Positions 61,240 through 64,000 of a DNA stretch of 64,000 nucleotides are shown here, in pieces. The translations under genes were made by a program, and so were the position numbers. The stretch comes from Dehalococcoidia bacterium (GTDB lineage: Bacteria; Chloroflexota; Dehalococcoidia; Lucifugimonadales; UBA2985): the NCBI GenBank assembly GCA_965218945.1, contig OZ244718.1, positions 2,621,700 through 2,685,699 of the forward strand, given 5' to 3'. The first letter of the stretch is position 1. Each line of letters begins with the position of its first letter. Below the pieces are notes generated by a model. It saw only the letters and a program-made list of their open reading frames with translations, ran no database searches and had not been told where the DNA came from.

Positions 61240-62344
61240 CTACCCCTCTTTCCCCACTGTACCCAGGAGGTACGCCTGAATCAGTGGGTCCAGCTCGCCG
61301 TCCAGCACCGCGCCCGGGTCCGATGTCTCGTAGCCGGTGCGGTGGTCCTTCACCATCTTGTAGGGGTGCAGGACGTAGCTCCTTATCTGGCTGCCCCACT
61401 CCGCCGAGACGTGCTCGCCCTTCAGCCTGGCCTGCTCCTCCGCTCGCCGCTTCATCTCCAGCTCCATCAGCCGGGCGCGCAGAACCTTCATGGCGAACTC
61501 CTTGTTCTGGAACTGGGAACGCTCGTTCTGACAGGTCACCACAACGCCCGACGGCAGGTGGGTTATACGCACGGCCGTGGCGTTCTTCTGCACCGCCTGC
61601 CCACCGTGGCCGCTGGCCCGGTAAACGTCGATGCGCAGGTCGTCCGTGTTGATGGTGACATCGACCCGCTCCTCCGCCTCCGGCAGCACCTCCACAAGGG
61701 CAAATGACGTGTGCCTCATGTGAGCGGAGTCGAAGGGCGACAGGCGCACTAGCCGGTGGGTCCCACCCTCGGCCTTCAGGTAGCCATAGGCGTGCTTGCC
61801 CTCCACGCTGATGACGGCGCTCTTGACCCCCGCCTCGTCTCCCGGCGACATGTCCAGGATTTCGCTCTTGTAGCGACGGCGCTCCGTCCACCGCAGGTAC
61901 ATCCGCATGAGCATCTGGGCCCAGTCCTGGGACTCGGTCCCGCCCGCGCCTGCGTGGATGGCCAGGATTGCGTTGCGGGTGTCGTACTCGCCGGAGAGTG
62001 TGAGCTGGAATTCCCTGTCCTTCAGCTCCTCGGAAATGGCCTCCAGCTCTGCGAACAGGGATTCCTCCAGGCTCGTATCGTCCTCCTCCAGCGCCAGCGC
62101 GATCAGGTCGCAGGCCGATGAAGCGCGGCTTTCGAAGTCTCTCCACGTTTCCACCACGTCCTTGATATCCGCCAGGCGAATCATATGCGGCTGGGTGGCC
62201 TGTGGGTCGTCCCAAAACTCCGGTCGACCGGCCCGGGCCTCAAGCTGTTTTATCTCTACCTCTTTGCCGGGTACGTCAAAGACGCTCCAGAAGCTGAGCT
62301 ATCCTCTCCCTAAGGTCTTCTGCGCGTCCTCTGAGTTCCTGCAT
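61240..62344 (-). CDS. prfB: Peptide chain release factor 2, with a programmed +1 frameshift
   Basis: Frame 0 reads ATG(62344) 'MQELRGRAEDLRERIAQLLERL' then CTT TGA C. The +1 frame continues 'DVPGKEVEIKQLEARAGRPEFWDDPQ...'. The SPF ('RLSPFDS') and GGQ ('ASGHGGQAV') motifs are present. Confidence 0.92.
62275..62290 (-). promoter_or_regulatory. prfB +1 frameshift site (GGAGCG-tCTT-TGA-C)
   Basis: On the minus strand CTT is 62281-62279, TGA is 62278-62276 and C is 62275. A Shine-Dalgarno-like GGAG lies a few nt upstream. Confidence 0.85.
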
Positions 62345-62398
62345 TGCGTTACACCTTTCTTGTCATCTAAAGCGGCAACCCCGTCAAGAGCGCCGATG

Positions 62399-63121
62399 TC
62401 ATGAGAGCCGGCCCGCAGCGGCCAGGTGGGCCAATCGCGTAGGCTCCGGTATACGATACCCCTTGCAGCAGGCCAGCGTCCACTCTATAGCGCTCCCCAG
62501 GCTGATCTTGTGGCCCACGGAGACGTATACGGGCCTGACCGATTTCCTGGTGCGGACTGCGGCGCCCACCACTTCTCCCTTGTCCACCAGGTGAACGTAC
62601 GCCCCGGCGTCGGAGTCCAGATCATCGTCCGGCCGTCCCCTGAGGATCGACTTGGCGCACCCGATGGAAGGCGTGTCGGTCAGAAGCCCCAGATGGCAAG
62701 CTATGCCAAACCGCCTGGGGTGTGCAAGGCCCTGCCCGTCGACGAGAATGACGTCCGGGGCAGTCTCCAATCGCTCCAACGCTCCCAGGACGAGGGGGGA
62801 CTCCCGAAAGGAGAGCAGCCCGGGCACATACGGGAAGCCGGGCTTTCCCCTGTACACCTTGACCTCGACCGTCCTGAGATCCGGCAGCTCCAGGAGAACT
62901 ACGGCCGCGGCTGCGATGCCGTCGGCGTCCGGCGGGGATATGTCCACTCCCGCCACGTAGCGCGGCGGGGCCTCAAAGCCGTCTTCCGCGCTCACCCTGG
63001 AGGCCAGGTCGCGCTGGATCTCTACGGCCTCCCGCGCTTCTACGTCCCAGGAATGCAAAACCAGACTCTTCACGAAGCCGATTATAGCAAATCCGCAGCG
63101 CTCTAATGGGCAGAGATTCAT
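62399..63121 (-). CDS. nfi: Endonuclease V
   Basis: 'VAGVDIS', 'PYVPGLLSFRE', 'ILVDGQGLAHPRRFGIACHLGL' and 'IGCAKS'. The true start may be the GTG near 63073. Confidence 0.85.
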   Translation of the reverse strand: MNLCPLERCGFAIIGFVKSLVLHSWDVEAREAVEIQRDLASRVSAEDGFEAPPRYVAGVDISPPDADGIAAAAVVLLELPDLRTVEVKVYRGKPGFPYVPGLLSFRESPLVLGALERLETAPDVILVDGQGLAHPRRFGIACHLGLLTDTPSIGCAKSILRGRPDDDLDSDAGAYVHLVDKGEVVGAAVRTRKSVRPVYVSVGHKISLGSAIEWTLACCKGYRIPEPTRLAHLAAAGRLS

Positions 63122-63287
63122 TGCTTACCCCAAGCCCGCCTGTGGAAGTGGGCAAGCGGAAGGCGCGCGAGCGAGTTACCACTCCGGGTATTCTTATGGA
63201 GTATTCTCTGGCACAATAGGTGTTGATATGCCTCGTTCAAACGCTGCCCCAGCAAGTCGGAAGACCAGCGCGGATGGTAGAGGAGCC

Positions 63288-63704
63288 ATGAGAAAAAAGA
63301 TATGGCTTATCTCAGGGGCGGTCTTGGGGCTCCTGGCCGGAGTTGTCCTCACGTACCTGGTGATGAACACGTATGACCGGCTGACCCATCCCGGCGAAGG
63401 TGACGTGGCCGCCCCTCTGCGCAGCTATCTTGAGGCGGCAGCCCTGGGCAACGACAGCCTGGCCTACGATCAGCTTTACCAGGGCCCCGGCAGGCAGGGC
63501 CCCCTATACAGCCAAGGTGTGTCCTCCGACCCTGAGCTGTATTTTGGCTATGCGGATTTGGAGATTGACTATAGCTTCAACGGCGAAGAGGACGGCTATA
63601 TTCAGGGGAGCATAAGATACCATAACGGGTCCAGCAGGCCCGTCAGCGCAATCGTGCGGAGGGGCGAGTCCGGCTGGGGGGTGTATCGCCTGTGGTTCGA
63701 ATAG
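63288..63704 (+). CDS. Membrane-anchored hypothetical protein
   Basis: 'MRKKIWLISGAVLGLLAGVVLTYLV' is an N-terminal anchor. The ORF opens at 63228. Confidence 0.55.
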   Translation: MRKKIWLISGAVLGLLAGVVLTYLVMNTYDRLTHPGEGDVAAPLRSYLEAAALGNDSLAYDQLYQGPGRQGPLYSQGVSSDPELYFGYADLEIDYSFNGEEDGYIQGSIRYHNGSSRPVSAIVRRGESGWGVYRLWFE

Positions 63705-63723
63705 GCCCCAAAACGCAGGGCGG

Positions 63724-64000
63724 CTATAGAGCCTGGCCGGCTTGGGGGCTTGGAAAGATGAAGTGGGGCATCTCCTCCAGCATCAGTTGGTCGTGGTTCT
63801 GGCAAATGAGAATAAAGAGCTTGTCTACCAGGATTACCCCCACCCCTTCTACGTCCATGAGGCTCTTAATGGCCCGTGTCAAGGGTCCCAACACCAGGGT
63901 GTTGCCGTTCAGGATGTCGGTCGCCAGATAGAGCCTGCCCTGCACATCATCTGCCCTGAGTTGGCCAAGCAGGCTGCTGAGCTCGTCCAGGCCGCTCTGG
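63724..64000 (-). CDS. Hypothetical protein, 5'-truncated by the window edge
   Basis: The minus-strand frame is open from the window end ('QSGLDELSSLLGQLRADDVQGRLYLATD...') to the stop at 63724. Confidence 0.45.
   Translation of the reverse strand, partial: QSGLDELSSLLGQLRADDVQGRLYLATDILNGNTLVLGPLTRAIKSLMDVEGVGVILVDKLFILICQNHDQLMLEEMPHFIFPSPQAGQAL

Noticed and set aside
61007-62215. 402-aa minus-strand ORF overlapping prfB
   Set aside because: It is off-frame relative to the RF2 frame that contains SPF and GGQ, and its composition is R/G/P-rich.

Overview
The window has two compositionally distinct parts.

**Island (1 to ~39,000).** This part is visibly very GC-rich and GC3-saturated. It looks like an integrative conjugative element (ICE).
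- Its right end is an XRE/HTH regulator, AlpA-Xis and P4-type tyrosine integrase module. This module abuts the 3' end of a tRNA-Ala(CGC) gene (39039-39111, minus strand).
- Its left end is not in the window.
- Contents, left to right:
  - A 5'-truncated giant surface protein of more than 2,587 aa (FN3, LRR, Calx-beta, His-rich).
  - A long minus-strand block (23851 down to 8513) with DnaG-like primase, Rad52-type annealase, Cas4-like nuclease, SSB, RadC, N6-adenine methyltransferase and SNF2 helicase.
  - Within that block, a complete ubiquitin-like conjugation cassette: Ubl, E2-like, JAB and E1/ThiF in PRTRC gene order, with no ParB anywhere in the window.
  - A non-coding region with five iteron-like direct repeats.
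  - A plus-strand monoderm-type type IV secretion operon: TrbL/VirB6, two VirB2-like pilins, PrgI/VirB3-like, VirB4, coupling protein and a replication-relaxation family protein.
- The T4SS operon carries one apparent frameshift. The coupling protein carries an in-frame TAG.

**Host core (39,200 to 64,000).** This part has lower GC and ordinary housekeeping genes:
- livGFHM plus a substrate-binding lipoprotein.
- yacL-ispD-ispF-cysS.
- FAD oxidase, SAM hydroxide adenosyltransferase family protein, secG and gatB.
- GNAT acetyltransferase, thrS and an MFS transporter.
- prfB with its classical +1 frameshift site, and nfi.

**Most interesting observations.**
- The ICE-borne Ubl-E2-JAB-E1 cassette and its genetic context.
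- A 23-nt palindromic element present six times, four of them in-frame inside CDSs.
- A glutaredoxin-like protein-disulfide oxidoreductase whose second CXXC cysteine is an in-frame TGA, making it a selenocysteine candidate.
- Several families of conserved intergenic hairpin modules.

No rRNA genes and no CRISPR arrays were seen.
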